A stretch of DNA of 64,000 nucleotides from the human T2T-CHM13v2.0 reference genome, Homo sapiens. The notes under the pieces are model-generated. The model saw only the letters and a list, made by a program, of their open reading frames with translations, made no database searches and was not told where the DNA came from. Both the position numbers and the translations under genes were made by a program. The stretch lies in assembly GCF_009914755.1 (NCBI RefSeq), contig NC_060929.1. One strand, written 5' to 3'. Below, piece by piece: positions 32,788-45,410 of this stretch (its first letter is position 1; each line of letters opens with the position of its first letter).

Positions 32788-35700
32788 TAATCAGAATTTT
32801 TTCCTTTTCTTACACATGAACATAATCTCTAAGTTCTCAATTCTATGATTTTCATTTCTGATTTGCTTTTCTCCTGCACCAAAATACCTTTGCATTAATA
32901 TTGACACCAGTGATTGTCATATAAGATGGTGAATTGGAGGCAGTGTTAGCATGCCACCCACACTTGGAAAAACAAAATAGTAAATAGAGATTCACACTGT
33001 AAACTTTTTTCCAAGAAGCAATGTAGGAACTTAACACAAAAAAGGAAAGATACCACAAACCATTTGAAAGAAGCATCAACCTGCAGCCTACATCACAGCC
33101 TGGTGAAAACCTGTAAGTCCTCAGAATGTGAGAGGGAGAGAGACTACCTCCAGAATATGCACCCCATTTGGAGAACTTGGCAATTTAGCCCACAGGGGAA
33201 GGCCTTAACCCTACCCAGCACTGGAACTGAAACAGGGAAAAATGGGTAATATAAAAGTAGCAGCAGTGGGAAGAGCCCAGCATGCATTTCCAGTCTCCAG
33301 CACAGACTGAGGAAGCCATTCCTGATTCTTTGTCATAGGGGACCTCACTGAATTCTGCCAGCTAACTCAGCCAGCAGTTGCATGTTGAAAAAGCTCCCAA
33401 CTGAAATTCACAATATAAGCTTGGGGGATGACAAACTCCTTTGGCCAGAACAGGGAGGTAAGTGGGAAGTGTGCTGCAGCCATGAGTGCAGGAGCTGGGC
33501 ACCCTGGCTTTGGGGATGGACAGGGAGGAGCATGGCCTGAAAGCTGTGCTTCTTGTCTCCAAAAGGAAGGCTTATGGTCTGGGGCAGTTTTGACTTCTGT
33601 GTTTAGACATGCAATTTAACTAGCTACTGCTAGCAAACACTGTGGGTGAGAGAAATGCCTTGCCAAGCGTGTGGGAGCTGGGTGAGGCCTACTGTCACTT
33701 TATATTTCCCACTCCCTGCAAAACTCTATTGCGGAGGAGGCAGCTATGATCATTTTTGGAACATTACCCAATGGCCAGATAACTGCCTCCCAATGCCCCC
33801 AGAGCCCTCTGATTGCCCTGTACGTAAAAAGCCAGAACATAAACTTGTCTCATTTAGCCCCCACCTGTTTTTGCCCTTCCATGTGTCCTGGTAGCTTAAC
33901 ACAAAAGACAGAAACCTTGAGGAACCCTATGGCTCTGCTCATCACCTAATAAACCAGAATACCTCCCCTGGGTAACATAATGCAAGTACAAATCCACCTG
34001 CTTCCACCTCAGCTGGTGCTCTTTTATAAGTGCCACCTCCTGGCTAGAGGCCACCTGACAGACAATTACAGCATCTCAAGAAGTAGAATAACAATGCACC
34101 CATGAAGTACAAAACTTGTGTGTGAGCTCAGTCATCATCATTGCCTGCAACACCCTGGCTAACCAGGAGGTTCTGCGTCTGTACACATGACCAGTTCACT
34201 ACTGCTACAACTGGTATTTGAGAAAGCCAACACACTAAGGCTATTAAAACCAAGAAATCTCACAGAGTCTACATTACTCCCTTGCCACATCTATCAGAGC
34301 ATGTGCTGGTATGTGCTACTGGGAGACTTGAGGACCGGTCACATTACTGGATCCCACTGGGCAGCCTGACCCAGAGGAGCAGCAATATTTGCGGTTGTCT
34401 GGCTTACAGGGACTCCTACTCCCAAGAGAAGGGGAAGTACACCACATCAAGGGAACACCTCATGGGACAAAAGAATCTGGACTGCAGGCCTAAGTCCCAG
34501 ATTTTTCCACTGGTGGGAAGTTTCTTTAAGCAAGGCACAACTGCAGTGCTGAGTTCAACAGAGAAAATGTGTAGCTCTACCAACAGGCAAGCAGCTCTGG
34601 TGCTCATGAAGGTTCTTCAAGAAGACTTGTTTTCACTTTTGTCCATCACTGCAGAAACAACTGGGGCATCTCCCATGGGAGCTTAGCATGGCAGCACATA
34701 TAGACGGCCTTTCTGAAACACTTCAGGGTGATTGAATCCCCAAAAAAAGGAACGCCCTCCAGATACTGGCTTGCATGAGGGGTAGAGTCACAGTTCCTCC
34801 CTACTTGAACATCAACTTTCCTGCAGATATAAAAAGGTGCCTGCCTGGTCTTAGTAGGCAGAACACTGGGTCAGGAGTATGTCTGGGAAGTGGATAGATT
34901 TCCTACTGGCCTGGCAGGGGAGCTGAGGTAGCTCCTACCCTTCCTTCTGATAAGGCCTTAGTGAATTTCACTGAGAGCATCCCTGACTGCCTCTGTCAAG
35001 GCTGGGACTTTAGCCCCCCATTGCGTATTGAATTCACCCAACTACTTTAGTCACAAGTAGTTTCCACTCAGGGACACCTCCCCTACTGGCCTGAAGCCTG
35101 AACTATTTAACCTAGTAGATAAAATATTGGGGAAAAATAAATTAAAAAGAGCATACCATGGGGTGGTGAGGTAAGCTTCAAGAGACCTCTGCCTTTCCAA
35201 CCCCATAGGAGACAGCAGACTTGCTGGCACACTCAACACACATTGCTGCTACAATCATTATCTAAGAAAGCCATTAAAAAAAAAACTGTAACAAAGGAAC
35301 TCACACAATCTTTATCACTAAAGCACCAAGACCTGAATTAGGCTGCAGTAAACTGTAAACATTAAAGTCACATTCTTAAAGAGGAAAAAAAAATTAAAAA
35401 AACATAGTCAAAAAAACAAATTTAATAATAATTGAAAGAAATGGCCTGCCCAAATGAGAGGAAAAAAAAATAATTCTTGTTATATAACAAAATAGGCTTC
35501 TACCGTATCCCCAAAAGATCACATTAGCTCTATGGCAATAAATCCAAACCAAAATGAAATCTTTGAAATACCACATGAAGATTTCAAAAGGTTTGTTATT
35601 AAGCTACTCAAGGAGATACCAGAGAAAGATGAAAACCAGCATAAATAAACAATTCAGGATATGAATATGTTTTCTAAAAAGACAGATTAAAAAAATCAGA

Positions 35701-36748
35701 AGTTCTGAAAATAAAAGGCACATTTAGGAAATTACAAAATGCAGTGGAAAGGTTTAAAAATAGGCTAGAAAATGTAGAAGAAAAAATTTCAAAGCTCAAA
35801 GGCAAGGTTTTCAAATTAACCCAATAAAAACAAAAAGAAATTAACAAAGATTCCAAGCAATGTGAGATCGTGTTAGCCAAACCTAAGACTATTTGGTTTT
35901 CTCAAGGGAGAAGAGAAAGCCAAAAAGTTAAAAAAAAAAAAACAAAAACTTATTTGAGGGAATAACTGAGTAAAATTTCTTGGGTCTTGCTAGATATTTA
36001 GATACTGAAATATGAGAGGCCCAAAGAACTCCTGGTAAATTCATCACACACACCAAAAAAATTTCCACCAAGGCATATAGCCATTTGGCTATCTAAAGTC
36101 AACATTAAGGAAATAATTCTGAAAGCAATGAGACAAAAGTATCAGTCTTATAGGAAAACCTATCAGACTAATAGTAGACTTCTTATTAGTAACCTTGTAA
36201 ACTAGAAAAGGTTGGGGTCCTGTCTTCAGCTTCCTTAAACAGGATAACTGCCAACCAAGAATTTTGTGTCCAGCAAAAGCAAGTTATATAAATGAAGGAG
36301 AAATAGTCATTTTCAGACAAACAAATGCTGAGGGAATTTGTTCCTACCAGACCAACTCTACAAGAAATGCTAAAAGAAATCCTAAATTTAAATTATGCTA
36401 AATTTTAAAATTATTTAAAATTTAAATTATGCTAAAATAAATTCTAAATTAATTCTAAACAAAAGGTTGATATACACTAGAATAGAATCTCTTGAAAGCA
36501 TAAAACAATAACACAATGTAGAAAACAAAGTATCTAAGTAACAATTAATGTAACTAAACCTCATAGCTCAATATTACATTTGAAAGTAAATGGCCTAAAT
36601 GCCCCACTTAAGACATACATATTGGCAGAATGAATAAAGAATCACAAACCAAATCTCCACTCCTAAGCATAATAATTTGTGTAAACTCAAGTTAAAGGGG
36701 TGAAAAAGATATTCCATGCAAATAGAAACCAAAATTGAGCAGGAGTAG

Positions 36749-39154
36749 TGATATGGTTTGGATGTTTGTCTCCTCCTAAATCTCATGTTAAATTGTAATT
36801 CCTAATGTTGGAAGAGTGAACCTGTGGGAGGTGATTGAATCTCGAGGGCAGATTTTTCCCATGATGTTCTCATAATAGTGAGTGAATTCACATGAGATCT
36901 GATGGTTTAAAAGTGTGCAGCACTTTCCACCTTGCTCTCACTCTCTCTCCTGCCTCCATGGTAAGACGCACTTGCTCCCCCTTTGCCTTCTGACATGACT
37001 GTAAGGTTCCTGAGGCCTCCCAGTTATGTTTCCTGTTAAGCCTGCAGAACTGTGAGTCAATTAAGCCTCTTTTTCTTCATAAATTACCCATTCTCAAATA
37101 GTTCTTTATAGGAGTGTGAGAATGGACTAAAACAGAAAACTGATACTGGGCAGCACTGCTATAAAGGTACCTGAAAATGTGAAAGTGAATTTGGAACTGG
37201 GTAGTGGGCAGAGGCTGGAAGAGTTTGAAGGGCTCAGAAGAAGATAGAGCTGTGAGAGAAAGTTTGGAACTTCCTAGGACTTGTTGAATGATTGTGACCA
37301 AAATGCTAACAGTGATATGGACAGTGATGTCCAAGCTGAGGAGGTCTCAGATGGAGATGAGGAACGTATTGGGACCTGGAGTAAAAGGTCATTTTTGTTA
37401 GTGACCTCTGCTTTAGCAAAGAGACTGGTGGCATTTTTCCCATGTGCTAGAGATCTGGGGAACTTTGAACAAGAGAGATAATAAAGATTCTCTGGCAGAA
37501 AAATATTCTAAGCAGCAGAGTTCAAGAGCTGACCTGGCTTTTTCTGAAAGCATTCAGTCATATGTATGAACAAAGAGATGCTCTTAAATTGGAACTTATA
37601 TTTAAAAGGGAAGCAGAGAAAAGAATAAAAGTTTGGGAAATTTGTAGCCCAGCCATGTGGTAGAAAAAAAAAAATTCTGGAAATAAATTTAAGCCTGCTG
37701 CAGAAAATTGCATAAGCAAAGAGGAGTTGAATGTTAATAGCCAAGACAATAAGGAAAATGTCTCCAGGGCATTTTAGAGAACTTCACAGAAGCCCCTCCC
37801 ATCATAGGCTGGAAGTTTAGGAGGGAAGAGGGAAAAATGGTTTTGTGGACCAGGCCCAAGGCATTCCTGCTCTGTACACCGTAAGAACATGGCACCCTGC
37901 ATCCCAGTCACTTCAGCTCCAGTCCTGGCTAAAAGGGGCCAAGGTGCAGCTCTGGTCATGGCTTCAGAGGGTGCAAGCTTCAAGCCTTGGCAGCTTCAGT
38001 GTGATATTGAGCCTGTGGGTGCACAGGAGGCAAGAGCTGAGGTTTGGGAACCTCCACCTGACTTCAAAGGATGTATGGAGATGCCTGGATGTCCAGGCAG
38101 AAGCCTGCTGCAAGTGCAGAGCCCTCGTGAAAATCCTCTACTATGGTAGTCTGAAGGGGAAATGTGGCATTGGAGTGCACAAGCAGAGTCCCCACTGGGG
38201 CACTGCCTAGTGGAGCTGTGAGAAAAGGGCCACCATCCTCCAGACCCCAAAATGGTAAATCCACTGACAGCTTGTTCTGTGCACCTGAAAATGCTGTAGG
38301 CACTCAATGTCAGCCTGTGAACACAGCCATAGGGGCTCTACCCTGCAGAACAGAAGGGTTAGAGCTTCCAAAGGCCTTGGGAGCCTATCTTTTGAATCAG
38401 CATGTGCTGGATATGAGATATGGAGTAAAAAGGGATTATTTTGGAGTGGTAAGATTTAAAAACTGCCCTGCTGAGTGTCAGACTTGCATGAGGCCTGTAG
38501 CCCCTTTGTTTCAGCTGATTTCTCCCATTTGGAATGGGAGTATTTACCCAATGCATGTAACCCCATTGTATCTTGAAAGTAACTAACTTGTTTTTTATTT
38601 TACAGGCTCTTAGGTGGAAGGGACTTTCCTTGTCTCAGATGAGTTTTGGACTTGGGTTTTCTGGTTAATGCCAGAATGAGTTAAGACCTTGGAGTGCTGT
38701 TGAGAAGGCATGATTGTGCTTTGAAGTGTGAGGAAAACATAATATTTTGATGGGGCCAGGTGCAGAATGATATGGTTTGGCTCTGTGTCTTCACCCAAAT
38801 CTTATGTTGAATTATAACTCTCAATGTTGGAGGAGGAAACTGGTGGGAGGTGATTGGATCATGGGAGCAGATATTCCCCATGCTCTTCTCATGATAGTGA
38901 ATGAGTTATCATGAGACCTGATGGTTTAAAACTGTGTAGCACTTCTCTCTTCGTTTTCTCACCCTCTTCTCTCACCAGAGTAAGATGTGCTTGCTTCCCC
39001 TTTGCCTTCCAACATGATTGTAAGTTTCCCAAGACCTCCCAGTCATGCTTCCTGTTAAGCCTGTGAAACTGTATTTCAATTACTCCTCTTTTCTTCATAA
39101 ATTACCCAGTCTTAAGTAGGTTTTACAGCAGTGTGAGAAAAAAAAACTAATATA
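36749..39154 (+). mobile_element. Complete MaLR provirus (MSTA/THE1D-like): 5' LTR 36749-37134, internal 37135-38767, 3' LTR 38768-39154
   Basis: Two TGATATGGTTTGG...CTAA(T/A)A(C/T)A LTRs; PPT GGGGCCAGGTGCAGAA; TSD AGTAG (36744-36748) / AATAG (39155-39159); L1 sequence GAGCAGGAGTAG|CTATTCTT rejoins across it. Confidence 0.95.
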
Positions 39155-40024
39155 AATAGCTATTCTTACATCAGATAAAACAGAATTTAAAGCAACAACA
39201 GAAAACAAAAAATCAGTATGTATGATAAAAGGATCAATCTAACAAGAAGATGTTACAAACATAAATTTATGTGCACCTAACACAGGAGTGCCAAGATTCA
39301 TAAAACATTTACTACTGAATCTAAGAAATGAGACAGGCAGCAACACAATAATAGTGGTGGACTTCACCACTCTACTGACAGCTCTAGACAGATCATCGAG
39401 ACAGAAAGTCAACAAAGAAATAATGGACTTGAACTACACTCTGTAATAATGAACAAAACAGATATTTACAGAACATTCTACCCCAAAACTGCAGAATATA
39501 CATTTTTCTCATCAACTCATGAAAGTTTCTCCAAGGCAGACCATATGATCAGTCAAAAAAAGTCTCAATAAGTTTAAAAATATCAAAATTATATAAAGTT
39601 TCTTTGCAGACCACAGTGGAATAAAACTAGAAATCTTCTACAAAAGGAACCTTCAAAACTGTACAAATAAATGGAAGGTAAACAATCCTCCTCAATAATT
39701 TTTGTGTTAACTATGAAATCAAGATGAAAATTTAATAAACTATTGGAAATAAATGATAATAATAACACAGTAATCAAACTCTGGGATACAGCAAAAGCAG
39801 TGCAAAGAGAAAAGTTTGTAGCACTAAATGCCAACCTCAAAAAGTCTGGAAAACAACAAATTGACAACTGAATGTCACACCTCAAGGAACTAGAGAAACA
39901 ATAAGAAACTAAACCCAAAGTTAACAGCAGAAAATAAATAGCAAAAATCAGAGCACAAAAAAAATGAAATTGAAAGAAACAAACCAAAAAAAAAAAAAAA
40001 ACACCAAAAAAACAAAAGAGCAAT

Positions 40025-40383
40025 TGATATGGTTTGGCTTTGTGTCCCCACCCAAATCTCACCTTGAATTTTAATAATACCCATGTGTCAAGTGCAGGAC
40101 CAGGTGGAGATAATTGAATCCTGGGGATAGTTTCACCCATGCTGTTCTCATAATAATGAGTGAGTCTCACAAGTTCTGTGATTTTATAAACATCTAGCAT
40201 TTTCCCTGCTTGCGCTTACTTCTCTCTCCTGCTATCCTGTGAAGAGGTGTCTTCTGCCATGACTGTAAGTTTCCTGAGGCCTCCCCAGCCATGTGGAACT
40301 GTGAGTAAATTAAACCTCTTTTCTTTATAAATTACCCAGTCTCAAGTATTTTTTTCGTAGTAGTGTGAGAACAGACTAATAAA
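40025..40383 (+). mobile_element. THE1C-like solo LTR inside L1PB ORF2
   Basis: TGATATGGTTTGGCTTTGTGTCCCCACCCAAATCTC...CAGACTAATAAA; TSD GCAAT / ACAAT. Confidence 0.93.
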
Positions 40384-41421
40384 ACAATGAAACAAAAAAT
40401 GGCTTCCTTGAAAAGAATCAAAATTGATAGACCATTAGCTAGATTAGCCAAGAATAGAAGAGACACAATTCAAATAAATTCAGTTAGAAATGAAACTGGA
40501 AACATTATAACTGACACCACAGAAAGACAAAATATCATTTGAAACTACTATGAACACCTCTATGCACATAAAGTAGAAAATCTAGAGGAAATGAATAAAT
40601 TCCTGGAAACATAACCTTCATTGATTAAATCAGGAAGAAATAGAAACACTGAACTGACCAATTACAAGGATTGAGACTGAATCAGTAATTAGAAAATTGC
40701 CAATAACAACAACAAAAAAGCCAAGGGCCATATGGATTCACAGCTGAACTCTACCAGACATTCAAAGAAGAATTGGTGCCAATCTTACTGAAACTATTTT
40801 CAAAAATTAAAAAAGAGGGAATTCCCTCCATGTTATTTTATGAACTTGTATCACCCTGATACAAAAATCAGGAAAGAACATGTAACAATAAAGGAAAACT
40901 ACAAACCAATATTCCCGATGACTGTAGATGCAAAATTCTCAACAAAATATTAGCTAACCAATCCAACAGCACATCAAAAAAACAATACAAAAGGATCAAG
41001 TGGGTTTCATCCCAGGAATGCAGGGTTGGTTTAACATATGCAAGTCAAGATACGTGATACATCACATAAACAAAATTAAAAGCAAAAACCATGTGATCAT
41101 TTTGATAGATACAGAAATAGCATTTGAGAAAGGCAGCGTCCCTTTATCATGAGAATTCAATAAACTAGGAATAGAAGGGACTTCCCTCAAAATAATAAAG
41201 GCTGTATATGACAAACTCATAGCCAACATCATACTGAATGGAGAAACATTGAAAGCATTCCCTCTGAGAATTGAAATAAGACAAGATGAAACTGTCACCA
41301 CTTGTATTCAACATAGTACTGGAAATCCTAGCCAGAACAATCAGGCAAGATAAAGAAATAAAGGGCATAAAATTAGAAAAAATAAAATTAAACCATTGCT
41401 TTTCATTGATAATATAATTGT

Positions 41422-41884
41422 TATATTAGTCAGGATTCTCTAGAGGGACAGAACTAATTTTATATATATATATATGTACACACACACATATATATATGAA
41501 TATGCCAACACTGTTGGCTTCCCTACTTTTGAGGTTGAGGTTTTGGAACTCTTGACTAGCTTTCTTGCTCCTCAGCTTGCAGACAGCCTGCTGTGGGACT
41601 TCACCTTGTGATCATGTGTGTCAATACTCCTTAATGAACTCCTAAAAATATATGAGTTTATATATTACATATATTTTATATTATATTATATATAAACTCA
41701 TATTTATGTATGTATATGTATATAGGAGTTTATATATGATGGATGACTGATTGGAAAGGGGAGCAAGGGATTTTTTCAGAGATGACGAAAATTTCTAGTA
41801 TCTATTTTGTATAATGGCTACACATTTGTCAAAACTCATCAAACTGAACACTTAAGATCTGTACACTTTACTGTATGTATATGA

Positions 41885-41921
<37 letters not shown>

Positions 41922-42405
41922 GTAGTTTATTAAGGAGTATTGACTCATACGCTCACAAGATGAAATCCCACAATAGGCTGTCTGCAAGCTGAGGAGCAAG
42001 GAAGCTAGTCAGAGTCCCAAAATCTCAAAAGTAGGGAAAGCAACAGTACAGCCTTCAGTCTGTGGTCAAAGGTCCAAGGTCAAAGGTCCAAGAGTCCCAA
42101 AGCTGAAGAACATGGAGCCCAATGTTAGAAGGCAGGAAGCATCCAGCACAGAAGAAAGATGTAGGCCAAAAGACTAAGCCAGTTTAGTTTTTCCACGTTG
42201 TTCTGCCTGCTTTTATTCTGGCCAAGCTGGCCAGTCAAGCTGGCAGCTGATTAGTTGTGCCCACCCAGATTGAGATTGAGTCACTTTTCCCAGTCCACTG
42301 ATTCAAATGTGAATCTCCTTTGGCAACACCTTCACAGACATGTCCAGGAACAATACTTTGCATCTTTCAATCCAATTAAGTTGATACTCAATATTAACCA
42401 TCTCA
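41422..42405 (-). mobile_element. MLT2A solo LTR inside L1PB ORF2, with a rearranged (TA)n region
   Basis: TATTAGTCAGGATTCTCTAGAGGGACAGAACTAA ... AAGTTGATACTCAATATTAACCATCTCA; TSD ATTGT (41417-41421) / ACTGT (42406-42410). Confidence 0.93.
41736..41879 (+). repeat. 144-bp direct copy of 45238-45381
   Basis: Ungapped hand alignment gives 133/144 identical, offset 3502 bp. Confidence 0.95.
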
Positions 42406-43949
42406 ACTGTATAACAAATAAATTGTAGAAAACCCTAGAGATACCCCCGAAAGACTCCTAGATTTAAAAAACAAATTCAGTAATGCCTCAGGTTATAAAA
42501 TCAATGCACACAAATCAGTAACACTGCTATACACCAAAAACAACCTAGCTGAGAAATAAATTAAAAACTCTATTCATTTTCCAGTAGCAGCAAATAAATA
42601 AATACAACACTTAGGAATATACTTATAAACCAACCAAAATACCTACAACCAACTGATCTTTGACCAAACATACAAAAACATAAACTGGGCGAAGGAAACC
42701 CTATTTAATAAATTGTGCTTGGAAATCTGTCTAGCCACATGTAGAAAAATAAAACTGGATTTCTATCTCTCACCTTATAAGAAAATCAACTCAAGATGCA
42801 TCAAAATCTTAAATCTAAGATCTGAAACTGTAAAATCCCTAGAAGATAACCTAGGAAAAACTCTTCTGGACATTAGCCTAGGCAAATAATTCATGACTAA
42901 ACCCCCAAGAAGCAAATGCAACAAAAACAAAAATGAATAAAAGGGACTTAATTAAACTGAAACTCCTCTGTACAACAAAAGAAGTAATCATCAGAGTAAG
43001 CAGACAATGCACAGAATGGGAGAAAATATTTGCCAACTTTGCAGGTGACAAAGGACTAACATCGAGAATCTACCAGGAACTAAAATCAGCAAGAAACAAA
43101 AAATAAAAAACAACAAAAAATCCCATCAAAAGTGAGAAAATGACATGAATAGACATTTCCCAAAAGAATATATACAAATGACCAATAAACATGAAAAAAT
43201 GCCCAACATCAGTAATCATCAAGGAACTGCGAACTAAAACCACAATCTACCTTACCCTGAAAGAATGATCATTATTAAAAAGTCAAAAAATAATAAATGT
43301 TAATATGGATATGGTAAAAAAGAAATGCTTATATACTGCTGGTTGGAATAAGAATTAGTACAACTTGTATGGAAAAAAAGTACAGAAATTTCTTAAAGAA
43401 CTACAGGTAAATCTACCATTTGATCCAGCAATCCCATTATTGGGTACTTATCCAAAGCAAAATAAGATGCCTTTATATCAAAAAGATGCCTGAACGTGTA
43501 GGATTATTGCAGCACAATTCACAACTGCAAAAACTATGGAACCAACCTAAGTGCCCATTGACCAATGAATAAATAAAGAAAATGTGGTATACATACACCA
43601 TGGAATACTACTCAGCCATAAAAAAGAATGAAATTATGTCTTTTTCAGCAACTTGGGCAGAGCTGGAGGCCATTATTCTAAGTCAAGTAACTCAGGAATG
43701 AAAATCAAATGCTGTATGATCTCACTCATAAATGGGAGCTAAGTTAAGTGTACACAAAGGCAAAAGGGACTATGGAGACACAGACGGGAAAGGGTAGAAG
43801 GGAGAGAAAGGGACAAAAATATATATATTGGGTGCAAATTACACTACTTGGTGACAGGTGCTCTAAAATCTCAGACTTCACCACTCTACAATTCATCCAT
43901 GTAACCAAAAACCACTTGTACCCCAAAAGCTACTGAAAAAAATATTTAA

Positions 43950-45410
43950 AAAGAGAGAATGGTGCATAAAAATATAATGATGGCTGAAAATGTTTCAAAT
44001 TTTTGTAAAAGACATAAGTTTCCAGATCTTAGAAGTTCAGTGAATTCCAAGCAGAGAAAAAAATACAATGAAAATCATACTAGGGTACATCATAGTTAAA
44101 CTCTTAGAAACCAAATATGAAGAAAAACTCTGGAAAGCAGCCAGAGAAAAATTGCATGCTACAAGCAAGGGAAGAATGATTTGAAGCATCACTGACTTCT
44201 CATCAGAAACTATGAAGGCCAGAAGTCCCTGGAATAATATCTTTAAAGTGCTTGATAAAAGCCAGTCAATCCAGAATGCTATGTTCAGTGAATATATCCT
44301 TCAATGATGAAGACAAACTAAAGGCATTTTTAGATTTAAAAAAAAAAAAAAGAAAAACCCTAAGGGAATTCACTGCCAGCAGATCTGTGCTACAAAGAAT
44401 GCTAAAGGAAGTTGTTCTTCAGCATGGAAACACAGATCTTCAGGAAAGAATAAAAAACACTGGAAATAATACATAGTGTGGATAAACATAAAATACTATT
44501 TTTCTAATAATTTCTTTGGAATGCATATAATTATTTAAAGCAAAGATCATTACATTGTATTGTGTGGTTTATAGTATATACAGATAAAATACATTTGATT
44601 CTACAGCAAAAGGATGAAGGAGGTAGTTAATGTACTTATTCTTACTTTTTTTTTTTTTTCTTGAGACGGAGTCTCGCTCTGTTGCCCAGGCTGGAGTGCA
44701 GTGGCGTGATCTCCACATACTGCAAGCTCTGCCTCCCGAGTAGCTGGGACTACAGGCGCCCGCCACCACACCCAGCTAATTTTATTTTATTTTATAATTT
44801 TTTTTTTATTTTTAGTAGAGACGGGATTTCACCTTGTTAGCCAGGATGGTCTTGATCTCCTGACCTCGTGATCCAACCGCCTCAGCCTCCCAAAGTGCTA
44901 GGATCTTACATTTTATGTGAAATAGTACAAAGTTAACAAAGTACACTACGTCAACTGTGGAAATATAAGGATGTATAATTCTAGAGTGACCATTAAAAAC
45001 ATAATGCAAAGTCACAGATTAAAAAGCTCATCTATGTTTTAAGATGTAATTGTAAAAAATCCCAGAAAAATCCAACTTCATGCAATGACGTGGACGAATG
45101 TCAAGACATGCTGAGCAAACACAATAGTAAAACACTCCATGATTCTACTCACATGATATTCTACAACGGACGAACTAACAAACTGGATCTTCGGAAAGAA
45201 GAAACTGTTGGCTTTTTAGGCGGGACAGCAGAGCGACATGATGGATGACTAATTGGAAAGGGGAGCAAGGGATTTTTTTGGAGGAGATGAAAATTTACAG
45301 TATCTATTTTGTATAATGGCTACACATTTGTCAAAACTCATCAGATTGAACACTTAAGATCTGTACACTTTACTTTATGTAACTACACCTCAATTAAAAA
45401 TTAAGTTGAA
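43950..45410 (+). mobile_element. Old L1ME-type fragments (ORF1 C-terminus and 3'UTR end), probably 3'-transduced by the L1PB
   Basis: GAAAGCAGCCAGAGAAAAA, CTGACTTCTCATCAGAAACTATG; ORF 44252-44476 (LREFTASRSVLQRMLKEV); 3' end TTTGTCAAAACTCATC...ACACCTCAATTAAAAA. Confidence 0.8.
44647..44903 (-). mobile_element. AluY, 5'-truncated, with a 32-nt internal deletion
   Basis: Y diagnostics TGCAAGCTC and GTTAGCCAGGATGGTCTTGATC; GCCTCCCGAGTAGC junction at ~44731. Confidence 0.93.

Larger units (their letters stand above)
32911..43945 (+). mobile_element. Near full-length L1PB (PB2/3-type 3' end), dead, carrying three nested LTR insertions
   Basis: 5' end AAGATGGTGAATTGGAGGCAGTGTTAGCATG; ~2.5-kb 5'UTR; ORF1 remnant ~35450-36390; ORF2 remnants that rejoin across each insertion; internal deletion near 42625; 3' end CATCCATGTAACCAAAAACCACTTGTACCCCAAAAGCTACTGAAAAAAA. 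Confidence 0.92.

Noticed and set aside
33064-34686. Cluster of short ORFs in GC-richer DNA suggesting exons
   Set aside because: They lie in the L1PB 5'UTR; no splice or homology support.
37845-38586. Overlapping 86-140 aa ORFs
   Set aside because: Decayed MaLR internal region with frameshifts.
39589-40200. 203-aa hydrophobic ORF resembling a membrane protein
   Set aside because: Antisense reading of A-rich L1 ORF2 fused to a THE1 LTR.
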